Shown here piece by piece: positions 41,271 to 52,155 of a stretch of DNA of 64,000 nucleotides (positions are counted from its first letter, which is position 1; each line of letters opens with the position of its first letter). Source of the DNA: an uncultured Gammaproteobacteria bacterium (GTDB lineage Bacteria; Pseudomonadota; Gammaproteobacteria; Chromatiales; Chromatiaceae); assembly GCA_963797085.1 (NCBI GenBank), contig CAWCOA010000025.1:80065-144064 (forward strand). The letters are read 5' to 3'. The translations under genes were made by a program, and so were the position numbers. The notes beneath the pieces were generated by a model, which was not told where the DNA came from, made no database searches, and saw only the letters and a list, made by a program, of their open reading frames with translations.

Positions 41271-43824
41271 CTATTGCATTACCGTTGCCACAGGATATGC
41301 GCTTCTTCCAAAGGAACCGCCACACCTGAACGGTTTGGAATGAGCCGCACCGTGTAGTCCGCCGCCGGACGGGTCTGCAGACACCGATGTGCGGTAGGCG
41401 TAGCCATTTGCCGCCCCGACCAGTTGCCGTATACGCTGCATCTCCACCCGCTCCGCTGCGCCACCGCCGGCGCCATCGGCATAAAGTTCAACCCGCACTG
41501 CCTCCGGATCGAGATCGTCGAGATAGATTTGAACCTCAAACAGGTGCTGATCGCCCTCGGTTTCGACTTTCATTTCACCGAGATGCAACTTGGCCCATTT
41601 TTGTTGCAGCTCGCGCCGCCAATTCACCAGCTCCACACTGCCTGCGCCATTATCGGCAGCCCGCTCACGGTAGGCAGCGGCCGCCGGGAGGTAATGTTGC
41701 TCAGTGTATTCGCGCACCGCCCGGTTGGTGGAAAAGCGCGGCGTCAGCCGGGCCATGCTTTCCCGCATCCGCAAGACCCAGGCGGTCGGGATACCTTGTT
41801 CATCACGGGTATAGAACTCGGGGATTACCTCGTACTCGAGCAGGTCGTAGAGCGCTTCGGCTTCGCTAGCGTCCCAGGTGGGATCGTTGTCGTGTTCCTG
41901 GCCATCTCCCAACGCCCAGCCCACTTCCGGGGTATAGGCTTCGGCCCACCAGCCGTCCAATTCGGACAGGTTGATGCCGCCATTGACCAGCACCTTCATA
42001 CCGCTCGTTCCACAAGCTTCCCAAGGGCGTCGCGGTGTGTTGAGCCAGACATCCACGCCCTGCACCAATTGCTCGGTCAGATGCATGTCGTAGTCGCTGA
42101 GGAAGATGATATGGGGGCGCACCTCCGGCCGCCGGATGAACTGGGTCCATTGCTGGATCAAGGCTTGACCGGCCTGGTCCGCCGGATGCGCCTTGCCGGC
42201 CATGATGAGCTGTACCGGGCGTTGCGGATGGGTCAGCAGGCGCAGCAACCGCTCCGGGTCGTGCAGCAGCAGGTTCGGCCTCTTGTAGCTGGCAAAACGG
42301 CGGGCGAAACCGACTGTCAAGGTATTGCAGTCAAACAGATGTTTCGCCGCCTCGACCGCCTCGGGTGGCGATCCGGACGCGGCCAGTTGCCGGGACAAGC
42401 GTTCGCGGGCGTATTCGACAAGAGACTTGCTGGCGTCGGTGCGAAATTCCCACAGCCTGGCGACGGAGACCTGACGAATGTCCTGCTCCATTGTCTCCAC
42501 TGTCCCCTGCCAGCGGTCCTTGCCACAGGCTTCCGTCCAGAGATCATCGGCTGGGGCCGAATCCCAGGTGGGTATATGCACGCCGTTGGTCACATGTCCG
42601 ACCGGAATTTCGTCCGCCGGCCAGTGCGGAAACAGCGGCTCAAAGAGGCGCCGGCTCACTTCCCCATGCAAGCGGCTCACGCCATTAACCGCCCCACTGC
42701 CACGGATCGCCAGATAGGCCATATTGAAGGGTTCTGCCGTATCGTTCGGATTCTCGCGGCCCAGAGCCAGCAGATCTTGGCGGGATATGCCAAGCTGCTG
42801 CTCGGCGTATCCGCCAAGGTATTGTTCGATCAGCGCCGGAGCGAAACGGTCAAACCCGGCGGCTACCGCCGTGTGGGTGGTGAAGAGGTTGCCCGCCCGG
42901 GTGACGGCCAGAGCGACCTCGAAGGTCTGCCCGCTCTCCTGCATGAAACTTCGGGCGCGTTCCAGCACGGCAAAGGCCGCATGCCCTTCATTTAGATGAC
43001 AGACCTCCGGCTGGATGCCGAGTTCGCTCAGCAGTCGCCAGCCGCCAATCCCAAGCAGCAGCTCCTGTTTAAGGCGCAGCTCCGGCCCGCCGCCGTAGAG
43101 CTCACTGGTAATGCCTCGATGTACGGGGTAATTGGCTGCGTCATTGCTGTCCAGCAGGTAGAGCTTCACGCACCCGACCTGGACCTGCCAGGCCCGCAGC
43201 CAGACCGAGTAGCCGGGTAAAGCAATCTCCAAGCGCAACCACTCGCCGTCTGCCTGGCGCAAAGGCGTGATCGGCAGCTGGCCGGGATCGTTGTAGGGAA
43301 AGAGGGCCTGCTGCGCACCGTTCTTGTCGATCACCTGGCGGAAATAGCCTTGCTGATAGAGCAGTCCCACGCCGATCACCGGCACCCCCAGATCACTGGC
43401 GGACTTGAGTTGATCCCCGGCCACGTTGCCGAGTCCGCCCGAGTAGATGGGCAGGGCCTCGCTCAGCATGAACTCCATGCTGAAATAGGCCACACAATTC
43501 AGGGGCGATTGCGGGTAGGCTTTGCTGAAACCAGGCCGGCGCTTCCGTGTCCTCCCGCCTGGCCTGCACCAGTTCGTCAAGCTGCTTGCGAAAAACCGGC
43601 TCAGCCAATTCCTTCTGGAGTTTTTCCCGTGAGACCGTCTGCAGTATGCCCCAGGGATTATGCGTAAGTGCCCACAGCACGGGATCCAGCCGCCGCCACA
43701 CATGGTCGGTGGCATGATTCCACGACGAGTGCATGTCCAGGGCCAGTTCGGCCAGGGCATCGAACCCCTCAAGGTCCGTAGGGAGCATACCGTAGAGTGG
43801 ATGGTGAACAGGTGTTGCGCTCAT
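41271..43824 (-). pseudogene. glgP: alpha-glucan (glycogen/maltodextrin) phosphorylase with one N-terminal frameshift
   Basis: MSATPVHHPLYGMLP..ELALDMHSSWNHATDHVW..APAWFQQ changes frame at about 43515-43535 into AYPQSPLNCVAYFSMEFMLSEALPIYSGGLGNVAGDQLKSASD..TSGMKVLVNGGINLS.. Confidence 0.9.
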
Positions 43825-43973
43825 GACTCCTCCTGAAGTTTTTATCCTGGTTGCCGTCTCAGGCCGATGCGCACATCCTCATCCAGCGCCTGGGTGTAGT
43901 CTTTGAATCCTGGTGACATCAATTAGTTCATATATCAGGCTATGCCAAACCATCGAACCGACACCAGACCGTG

Positions 43974-46030
43974 TCAGCCCGCCAGCAGCGCCTTGGCCCG
44001 TGCGCAGACATGGTCGACGGTAAATCCGTATTCGCGCAGCAATTCCGTGGCCGGTGCAGAAGCACCGAAGCGTTCCACACCGAGCATCTCGCCCCGCGCA
44101 CCGAGGTAACGCTCCCAACCCTGAGCCACCCCCAGTTCGACCGCGAGCCGGGCGTCGACCGAGGGCGGCAGCACCGCATCGCGCTCGGCCTGTGGCAAGG
44201 CATCGAACAACTCCCAGCTCGGCATGGAGACGCAACGCACCGCGATGCCCTGCTGTTGCAGACGCTCAGCCGCCGCCAGGATCAGGCTGACCTCGGAACC
44301 GCTGGCGAGCAGGATCAGTTCAGGCTTGCCGTTCGGCGCATCGCTCAACACATAGGCGCCGCGGCGCAAGCCGTCCGCCGCAGCATAGCGGTTGCGATCG
44401 AGGGTGGGGAGAGCCTGCCGGCTCAAGACCAGCAGCACCGGACGGTCGCGGGTTTCCAGCGCGACGCGCCAGGCGATCGCGGTTTCGTTGGCATCACTCG
44501 GGCGGATCACAACCAGGTTGGGAATCGCCCGCAGGCTCGCCAGTTGCTCCACCGGTTGATGGGTCGGGCCGTCTTCGCCGACGGCGATACTGTCGTGGGT
44601 AAACACATGCACAACATGCAGCCCCATCAATGCCGCCAGCCGCAGCGACGGACGCAGATAGTCGGAGAAGATCAGAAAGGTGGCGCCATAGGGAATGAAG
44701 CCGCCGTGCGCGGCGAGACCGTTGACGATGGCGCCCATCGCATGTTCGCGCACACCGAAATGCAGGTTACGTCCGGCATAGCTCCAGCCGGCGCTGTCAG
44801 AGCCTTGCTGGTCGGTGTTTAGCGACGGCGGCGGATTGAAATCGCCCAGGCCCAGCATGGCGGTTTTGGTCGACGGGATCGAGGTCGGCCGAACCGCCGC
44901 TCAGCGCCGGCAGCCTAGGTGCGATGGCGTTGAGCACCTTGCCGGAGGCCTCGCGCGTCGCCAGACCCTTGTCATCAGCGTCGAATACTGGGATATCCGC
45001 ATCCCAGCCCGACGGCAGTTCGCCGCGCAGGCGACCCTGCAGCTCTTCGGCCAGCTCCGGAAAGCTTCTGGCGTAGGCGCTCAGCGACTCGTCCCACGCG
45101 GCCTCGGCCTGGGCTCCGCGTGTTACCGCTGAACGGAAATGCGCCAGCGCCGTCTCCGGAATCAGAAACGCCGGCTCGCTCGGCCAGCCTAGTGTCTGCT
45201 TGGTCTTGCGCACGTTATCCGGGCCGAGGGGGGAGCCATGCGCCTTGAAGCTGTCCTGTTCCGGCGAGCCATAGCCGATATGGGTACGCACCAGAATCAG
45301 CGACGGCCGCGCGGTTTGCGCGCGAGCGGCGGCCAGCGCGGCGTCGAGTGCGGCGAGGTCGTTGCCGTCCGCCACCGACAGGGTGTGCCAGCCATAGGCC
45401 TCGAAGCGTTGGGCGCGATGCTCGGAGAAGGTGATATCGGTGCCGGCGGCCAGGGTCACGGCGTTGTCGTCGTAGAGGCAGATGAGCTTCCCGAGCTGGA
45501 GATGACCGGCCAACGAGGCCGCCTCGGCGGCCACGCCTTCCATCAGGTCACCATCGCCGACCATGACATAGGTATGGTGATCGATCAGCGGGAGATCGGG
45601 ACGATTGTAACGGGCCGCCAGTTGCGCCTCCGCGATCGCCATGCCGACCGCGTTGCCCAGAGCCCTGCCCCAGGGGCCCGGTGGTGGTTTCCACCCCGGG
45701 GGTGTGGCCGCGCTCGGGATGCCCCGGGGTCTTGCTGCCCCATTGGCGGAACTGTCGGAGGTCGTCCAGCGAGAGGTCGTAACCGGTCAGGTGGAGCAGA
45801 CTGTAGAGCAGCGCCGAGCCGTGTCCGGCCGAGAGCACGAAGCGGTCGCGGTTGAACCAATGGGGGTTGCGCGGGTTGTACTTGAGCCAACGCGTCCACA
45901 GCACATAGGCCATCGGCGCGGCACCAAGGGGCAGGCCCGGATGGCCGCTGTTGGCCTGCTGCACCATATCCACTGACAGGAAGCGCAGGGTGTTGATGCA
46001 CTGCTGATCGAGTTGTGTTGTGTTTGTCAT
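43974..46030 (-). pseudogene. tkt: transketolase with two +1 insertions
   Basis: [38 protein letters not shown] | [38 protein letters not shown] | [42 protein letters not shown]. The extra bases are near 45661 and 44875. Confidence 0.92.
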
Positions 46031-46132
46031 GGCGTCACTCCTCTTGCCGCCTTCATAAGATGGGGTTATTCCAGTGCCAGTGCGCTCTAATCAACCTCAG
46101 CCGAGACTGTGCGATGATCCGAATAGCCCATT

Positions 46133-47158
46133 TCAGCGTCCCTGTTTCTTCTCGTTATGTCCACCAAATTGCTTTCTCATCGCTGACAGGAGCCGATTGG
46201 CGTAGTCAGCGTCGCCGCGCGAAGCAAAGCGCTCCAACAGCGCCGCACTGATCACCGGCGCAGGCACCCCCTCATCGATGGCGGCCATCACTGTCCAGCG
46301 CCCCTCACCCGAATCAGACACACGACCCGAGAATCCGGCAAGACCAGCATCCTCAGCCAGCGCCTCGGCAGTCAGATCGAGCAGCCAAGACGACACTACA
46401 CTGCCACGTCGCCAGACTTCCGCGATCTCGGGTAGATCCAGATCATACTGATAATACTCTGGATCACGCATCGGTGTGGTCTCGGCATCGCTCTCCTGTG
46501 CGAGCTTGCCGACGTTGGCATTGCGCAGGATATTAAAACCCTCGGCATAAGCCGCCATCAGTCCGTACTCGATACCGTTGTGGACCATCTTGACGAAATG
46601 CCCGGCACCTGCCGGACCGCAGTGCAAGTAGCCCTGGTCGGCGCTGGCGTCGGGCTTATCCCGTCCGGGGGTGCGCGGCACCGTACCCACGCCGGGGGCA
46701 AGCGTGGCAAACACCGGATCAAGCTGTTGGACGACAGCCCTATCACCGCCGATCATCAGGCAGTAACCCCGTTCCAACCCCGCAATCCCACCGCTGGTGC
46801 CTACATCCACATAATGCACTCCATGCTGGCGTGCTTCAGCCGCGCGCCGGATATCATCGCGGTAATAGGAGTTACCGCCATCAATGATGATGTCGCCCGC
46901 TTCAAGAACGTGTAACAGTTGCGTCATCACCTCATCCACAACCGTCGCAGGCAGCATCAGCCAGACCGCGCGAGGCTTGGTCAACCGTTCGATGAAATCC
47001 TCAAGTGAGTCGGCGCCGACGGCGCCTTGGCTGAGGAGTGCCTTGACGGCATCAGCATGTCGATCGTACACCACACACTTGTGCCCTTTCCGCATCAAGC
47101 GTTGCACCATATTGCTGCCCATGCGTCCCAGTCCTATCATGCCGATCTGCATCTTCAA
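46133..47158 (-). CDS. gnd: 6-phosphogluconate dehydrogenase, decarboxylating (short, about 340-aa type)
   Basis: MQIGMIGLGRMGSNMVQRL, IIDGGNSYY, CGPAGAGHFVKMVHNGIEYG and FGGH near the C-terminus. Intact. Confidence 0.85.
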   Translation of the reverse strand: MKMQIGMIGLGRMGSNMVQRLMRKGHKCVVYDRHADAVKALLSQGAVGADSLEDFIERLTKPRAVWLMLPATVVDEVMTQLLHVLEAGDIIIDGGNSYYRDDIRRAAEARQHGVHYVDVGTSGGIAGLERGYCLMIGGDRAVVQQLDPVFATLAPGVGTVPRTPGRDKPDASADQGYLHCGPAGAGHFVKMVHNGIEYGLMAAYAEGFNILRNANVGKLAQESDAETTPMRDPEYYQYDLDLPEIAEVWRRGSVVSSWLLDLTAEALAEDAGLAGFSGRVSDSGEGRWTVMAAIDEGVPAPVISAALLERFASRGDADYANRLLSAMRKQFGGHNEKKQGR

Positions 47159-47231
47159 TCTCCTTCTACTATGGGGCGATCCAAATGTCGTTCGGTCAAG
47201 GATATCCTAATTCAAGCACCTGCAGTGTCAT

Positions 47232-47330
47232 TCAAGCCATCATGGTGATGATGTCCAAAGTGACGCGGGCGGTACCGGACGGATGGTGGCTCTTGCCAAA
47301 AACCTTCACTATGCTGTTCACCTATTGATG
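47232..47330 (-). pseudogene. corA: 5' remnant of a second corA copy (leader plus about 20 codons)
   Basis: VKVFGKSHHPSGTA.. compares with MKVFGKSYHPPGTAPG of the corA at 16971. An ungapped nucleotide alignment of 47270-47330 against 16930-16990 gives 49/61 identities and includes the untranslated leader. There is nothing corA-like downstream. Confidence 0.6.
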
Positions 47331-47425
47331 GGAATGTATATAGTAATCCAGAAGATACGGAGCCTTTACAAAATAGCTTATCATGCCAGTCAGTGTGCTC
47401 ATCAGGACCAAACGGGGGGAGATCC

Positions 47426-50008
47426 ATGACTCGGGCTAAACATCTGCTCCGACGCTTGTACGAGGCACGCAATCTGTTTGCCCTGGGACTGGGGTTGGTG
47501 CTGTTTCTCGCGGCGTTGTGGACACTGCATCATGAATTGGCATCGGTGCATGTTGCCCATGTAATGTCCCGTCTGCGTGAAGTACCTCTCATATCAATTG
47601 GGCTCGCCATGCTGTTCACGACGGCGAGCTATCTGGCGCTCACTGGCTATGATGCATCGGCGCTGCAAAGCATAGGTCGGCGCCTGCCGTTTGCACGAGT
47701 GGCCACGACCGCTTTCACAGCAACCGCGATTGGTCACAATCTTGGCCTGGCCATGATCTCGGGCGGTGCAGTGCGCCTGCGCATGTATTCCGTTATGGGC
47801 CTTTCGGCAACGGAGGTCGCCACCCTGGTAGGTATGGTGGGCTTCACCTTTGCCATCGGCGTGTGTTTCGTACTTGCCCTGGTATTCATCATCGCGCCGG
47901 CGGAAGCGGCCCTATTGCTGCATATCCCCGCAGGGATGGCGCAACTCATTGGCATTGGCGCACTCGGTCTGCTGGGAGCCTATCTGATATGGGGTAAGAT
48001 GCGGCAGACTCCGTTGCAGCTCGGCGTCTGGCAGGTTCGGGTGCCGGGTCTCGCCACCAGTCTGAAGCAGATCGGGCTGGCGACGGCGGACCTCACCTGC
48101 GCCGCCGCGGTGCTTTTCGTGCTGTTGCCAACGGAGTTGTCCATCAGCTACCCACTGTTCCTCAGTGTCTATGTTCTGGCGATCGTGGCAGGCATCATCA
48201 GCCACGTCCCGGGCGGGATTGGGGTATTCGAGACCGTACTGTTGCTTGCTCTCCCGGATGCACCTCGGGATGGCTTACTGGCGGCGGTGCTGATGTATCG
48301 TCTGATCTACTATCTGCTGCCCCTGGGGCTGGCCGTGACGTTTGCCGCATTGCATGAGTTACGCGCAGCCCGGGGGGTCCTGACGCGCAACCTGGGGCTG
48401 ACCCAGGATGCATTGGAAGCGGTGGCTCCCCAGATCATGGCGGTGATGGTGTTTATTGCCGGCGCGATCTTGTTGTTCTCGGGGGCCACCCCGGCGCTGG
48501 ATGAGCGCCTTGCCTTGCTGAAGCAGTTTCTGCCGCTGCCGTTGCTGGAACTTTCCCACCTGACAGCCAGTTTGATGGGGCTCGGACTCACTATCCTGTC
48601 CGGTGCCCTCTACCGGCGCATCAATGCCGCTTACCATCTCGCGTTCTGGCTCTTGATCACCGGGGGGCTGGCTTCACTGGGCAAGGGCCTGGACTGGGAA
48701 GAGGCCCTCTTGAGCGGGTTTGCTCTAAGTGTCTTGTGGGCGAGCCGAGCGGCGTTCAACCGTCCGGCTTCACTGCTGGAGCAACGCCTGTCGGCCGGCT
48801 GGATAGCCGCCATCTGCATCGCTCTGATCAGCAGTCTATGGCTCGGACTGTTCGTTTTCAAGCGGGTGGAATATGCCCATGAACTCTGGTGGCAGTTCGC
48901 CTTCGATGGCGAGGCCCCACGCTTTCTGCGTGCGACGCTGATGCTCGTCCTCTCAGCGGCCGCGCTGGCTCTGCTGCGCCTGCTGCGGCCGGCTCCACCA
49001 CTTCCCGGACAGGCGAGTCAGGAGGAACTGGCGCGGGCGGCGAAGATCGTGGCGCGCTCACCGGCCTCGGATGCCGCCCTGGTATTGCTGGGTGACAAGC
49101 GGTTGTTGTTCGATCCGGATGACCGGGGTTTTCTGATGTTTCAGATCCGCGGACGCAGCTGGATCGTGATGGGGGATCCGGTGGGGCCGACAGCTGTTGC
49201 GGAATCCCTGGCCTGGCGGTTTCGGGAGCTGTGCGATCGGCATGCCGGGCGTCCGGTTTTCTACCAGGTGGATGCCGAACGCCTGCCGCTGTACCTCGAC
49301 CTGGGATTGGCGCCGCTCAAGATCGGTGAGGAGGCGACAGTGGATCTGACCGGTTTCTCCCTAGCCGGTAGCGACCGGGCTGAGCTGCGTCAGGTGCAAC
49401 GCAAGCTCAGCAAGGCTGGCGTGCGCTTTGAGGTGGCGCCTGCACAAGCGCTGGACGACGCCTTGATGTCAGAATTGAAAACGCTTTCCGATACCTGGCT
49501 CGCAGAGAAGCACACGCGTGAGAAAGGTTTTGCCCTGGGTCGCTTCGATCCCACCTACTTACGCAATTTCCCCATGGCCCTGGTGCACCAGGACGGACAT
49601 GTTGTCGCCTTCGCCAATCTCTGGACAGGCAGCGAACATGCGGAGTTTTCCATCGACCTGATGCGCAGCCATACCGATGCACCGAAAGGTGTGATGGATT
49701 ATCTGTTCACAGAACTGATGCTGTGGGGCGCCGCTCAGGGTTTCGGACGCATAAATCTGGGCATGGCGCCCTTGTCGGGCCTGGAGGATCACCCGCTGGC
49801 CCCGCTCTGGCATCGCATCGGCACCCTGATGTTCCGGCATGGTGAACATTTCTACAACTTCGAGGGGCTGCGCGCCTATAAGGAAAAGTTCCATCCTCAG
49901 TGGACGCCCAAGTATCTGGCGATCCCCAGAGGCTTACACCTGCCGGCAGTATTGCTGGACGTTGCAGCATTAATCGGCGGCGGACTCAAGGGAGTACTGA
50001 CAAAGTGA
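47426..50008 (+). CDS. mprF: MprF-type aminoacyl-phosphatidylglycerol synthase/flippase
   Basis: The N-terminal half is polytopic and the C-terminal synthase domain is recognisable (FLMFQIRGRSWIVMGDPVGP, FYQVDAERLPLYLDLGL, EKGFALGRF, DLMRSHTDAPKGVMDYLF, FYNFEGLRAYKEKF). ATG 47426 follows GGGGGAG. Confidence 0.88.
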   Translation: MTRAKHLLRRLYEARNLFALGLGLVLFLAALWTLHHELASVHVAHVMSRLREVPLISIGLAMLFTTASYLALTGYDASALQSIGRRLPFARVATTAFTATAIGHNLGLAMISGGAVRLRMYSVMGLSATEVATLVGMVGFTFAIGVCFVLALVFIIAPAEAALLLHIPAGMAQLIGIGALGLLGAYLIWGKMRQTPLQLGVWQVRVPGLATSLKQIGLATADLTCAAAVLFVLLPTELSISYPLFLSVYVLAIVAGIISHVPGGIGVFETVLLLALPDAPRDGLLAAVLMYRLIYYLLPLGLAVTFAALHELRAARGVLTRNLGLTQDALEAVAPQIMAVMVFIAGAILLFSGATPALDERLALLKQFLPLPLLELSHLTASLMGLGLTILSGALYRRINAAYHLAFWLLITGGLASLGKGLDWEEALLSGFALSVLWASRAAFNRPASLLEQRLSAGWIAAICIALISSLWLGLFVFKRVEYAHELWWQFAFDGEAPRFLRATLMLVLSAAALALLRLLRPAPPLPGQASQEELARAAKIVARSPASDAALVLLGDKRLLFDPDDRGFLMFQIRGRSWIVMGDPVGPTAVAESLAWRFRELCDRHAGRPVFYQVDAERLPLYLDLGLAPLKIGEEATVDLTGFSLAGSDRAELRQVQRKLSKAGVRFEVAPAQALDDALMSELKTLSDTWLAEKHTREKGFALGRFDPTYLRNFPMALVHQDGHVVAFANLWTGSEHAEFSIDLMRSHTDAPKGVMDYLFTELMLWGAAQGFGRINLGMAPLSGLEDHPLAPLWHRIGTLMFRHGEHFYNFEGLRAYKEKFHPQWTPKYLAIPRGLHLPAVLLDVAALIGGGLKGVLTK

Positions 50009-50047
50009 CTATCCCACTTCAGCCCCGACAATGTATGGAACATATCA

Positions 50048-50855
50048 GATTCTGTCGCAATCAGCACCGATCCTGCTTCGACGGTACTATGAAAGCCACT
50101 TTATCAAACGACTCAGTCACAACATGATCAGTTTCAAAGGACGACACTTTCAACAGGAGATGATACTCCAGAGTATTCGTTGGTACCTGGCGTATTCTCT
50201 GAGCTATCGTGATATTTAAGAGATCATGATGGAGCGCGGCTTTAACGTTGATCACAGGACGATTCAACGCTGGGTTTTTCATTATTCACCGGAACTCGAG
50301 AAGGCTTTCCACAAGAAAAAGAAACGACCCGGTGACCGATGGCGACTCGATGAGACTTACATCAAGGTTAAGGGACAATGGAAGTACTTCTACCGCGCCG
50401 TGGATAAGCAGGGAAACACCATCGACTTCTTACTCACGGCCAAGCGTGATAAGAAGGCCGCATTGCGATTTCTGACCAAAGCGATTGAACGGAACGGAAA
50501 ACCGGGCCTCATCAATATCGATAAGAGCGGTGCGAACACGGCGCCGATCAAAGCCTACAATGATGACCACAATAAGCGTATCAAGATCCGGCAATGCAAA
50601 TACCTCAGCAACATCATTGAACAGGATCATCGGAGCATCAAACGCCAATGTCGTCCGATGTTGGGATTCAAGAGTTTTAATTCCGCACAGATCACACTGG
50701 CCGGGATTGAGTTGATCAACATGCTCAAGAAAGGGCTAATGCGGGTTACACGTGGACACCGTCTATCGCCTGTAGAAAAGTTCTATGGTTTGGCTGCTTA
50801 ACTGGCACGAGTGGCCGTGATAAATTTGGGTCCTTGCGGAGTTTGCGACAGAACC
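50048..50855 (+). mobile_element. IS6-family insertion sequence (about 808 bp)
   Basis: Terminal repeats GATTCTGTCGCAA (50048-50060) and TTGCGACAGAACC (50843-50855), 12/13 complementary and similar to IS26-type ends. There is a single transposase gene. The 8-bp flanks differ, so there is no target duplication. Confidence 0.8.
50124..50801 (+). pseudogene. IS6-family transposase with one in-frame nonsense codon
   Basis: MISFKGRHFQQEMILQSIRWYLAYSLSYRDI is followed by TAA (50217-50219) and then EIMMERGFNVDHRTIQRWV..WRLDETYIKVKGQW.YFYRAVDK... The sequence is collinear with IS26/IS240-type Tnp. The stop sits where relatives have Glu (RDIEE). Confidence 0.85.
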
Positions 50856-51121
50856 GATCGAAGACTCACTTGTATCGCGCCTTACTTGTACTTCAAGCGC
50901 AAGAGATGGTTTTGATAGGGCGATGGCGTGTTATGCTGAGAGACTGCTGGCACTATAAACCCTATGATTGTAAAAACCCTTCCATGTAGAAGGGTGGGCA
51001 TCGCCCACCATTAAAAGATCGAGAGTAATGGGTGGGCGGTGATCACCCTACACGATTTTCCTGGAATCTGCCCATGGTGAGTTCCGGAAACAATAGATGA
51101 ACTTTGTCAGGAGTGGCGGAG

Positions 51122-52154
51122 ATGCAGAAGAAAAAAATCATCATTGCGATCGTGCTGCTGGTGCTGGTGGTCAGCATGGCCCTGTTCTGGTGGCGAGATG
51201 CCCATGAGAAGCCTAATGGTGCGACACTGCAACTCTACGGCAATGTGGATATTCGTGAGGCGCAGTTGGCCTTCAACAACAGCGAACATATCGCAGAAAT
51301 CCAGGTGCAGGAAGGGGACCGCGTCACCAAGGGGCAGCTGCTGGCCCGCCTGCACACCGAGTTACTCGAAGCACAACTTGCCGAAGCGGAAGCGACGCTG
51401 CTCGCCCAGCAACAGATTCTAGCCAAACTGGTAGCGGGCAGCCGCCCGGAGGAGATCCGCAGAGGGAAGGCTGAACTGGAGGCCGCCCGCGCCAAGGCAA
51501 AGTCGACCCGTGACAGCTACAAACGCATGGCGCGGCTGCTGGAGAAAAAGCTGGCCTCGGCCGAAGACGTGGAGAATGCGCAATCGCTGGCCGACACTGC
51601 CAAGGCACAGATGGAGGTGGCGAAACAGGCGCTGGCATTGTTGCAGGCCGGCCCCCGCAAAGAAGACATCGCCGAGGCCCGTGCCCAGCTCGCCGCGCGC
51701 GAGGCGGGGCTGGTACTGGCCCGGCAGCGGTTGAAAAATGCCAATCTCTATGCGCCAGCGGATGGCATTATTCGCAATCGCATTCATGGAACCCGGTGAC
51801 ATGGTCTCCCCGCAGACACCGGTGCTGACCCTGGCCTTCATCGATCCGGTTTGGGTGCGGGCCTATCTGCCAGAACCCGCGCTGGGGCAGGTGGCGCTGG
51901 GCGCAAAGGCGTTCATCCACACCGACAGCTATCCGGACAAGGCCTACGAGGGCTGGGTCGGCTACATCTCTCCCAGCGCCGAATTCACGCCAAAGAGTGT
52001 GCAGACCCCGGAGCTGCGCACCCGGTTGGTCTACTCCGTGAGAATTTATGCCTGCAACCCGCAGGGGGAGTTGCGTCTGGGGATGCCGGTCACCGTCACC
52101 ATTGCACTCGATCAGACGCTGCCGGAGTCCACCGCCAACCACTGCGGACCCTAG
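51122..52154 (+). pseudogene. HlyD-family adaptor, cluster 2 (YbhG-like), one frameshift
   Basis: MQKKKIIIAIVLLVLVV..coiled coil..[13 protein letters not shown] changes frame at about 51785 (an extra c in cgcattCatgg) into [41 protein letters not shown]. Confidence 0.85.
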
Positions 52155-52155
52155 C

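Noticed and set aside
41424-42995. 523-aa ORF on the + strand
   Set aside because: It lies entirely antisense to the glycogen phosphorylase gene, whose translation has unmistakable GlgP motifs. It is Arg/Gly/Pro-rich with no recognisable domain, which is a typical shadow ORF in GC-rich coding DNA.
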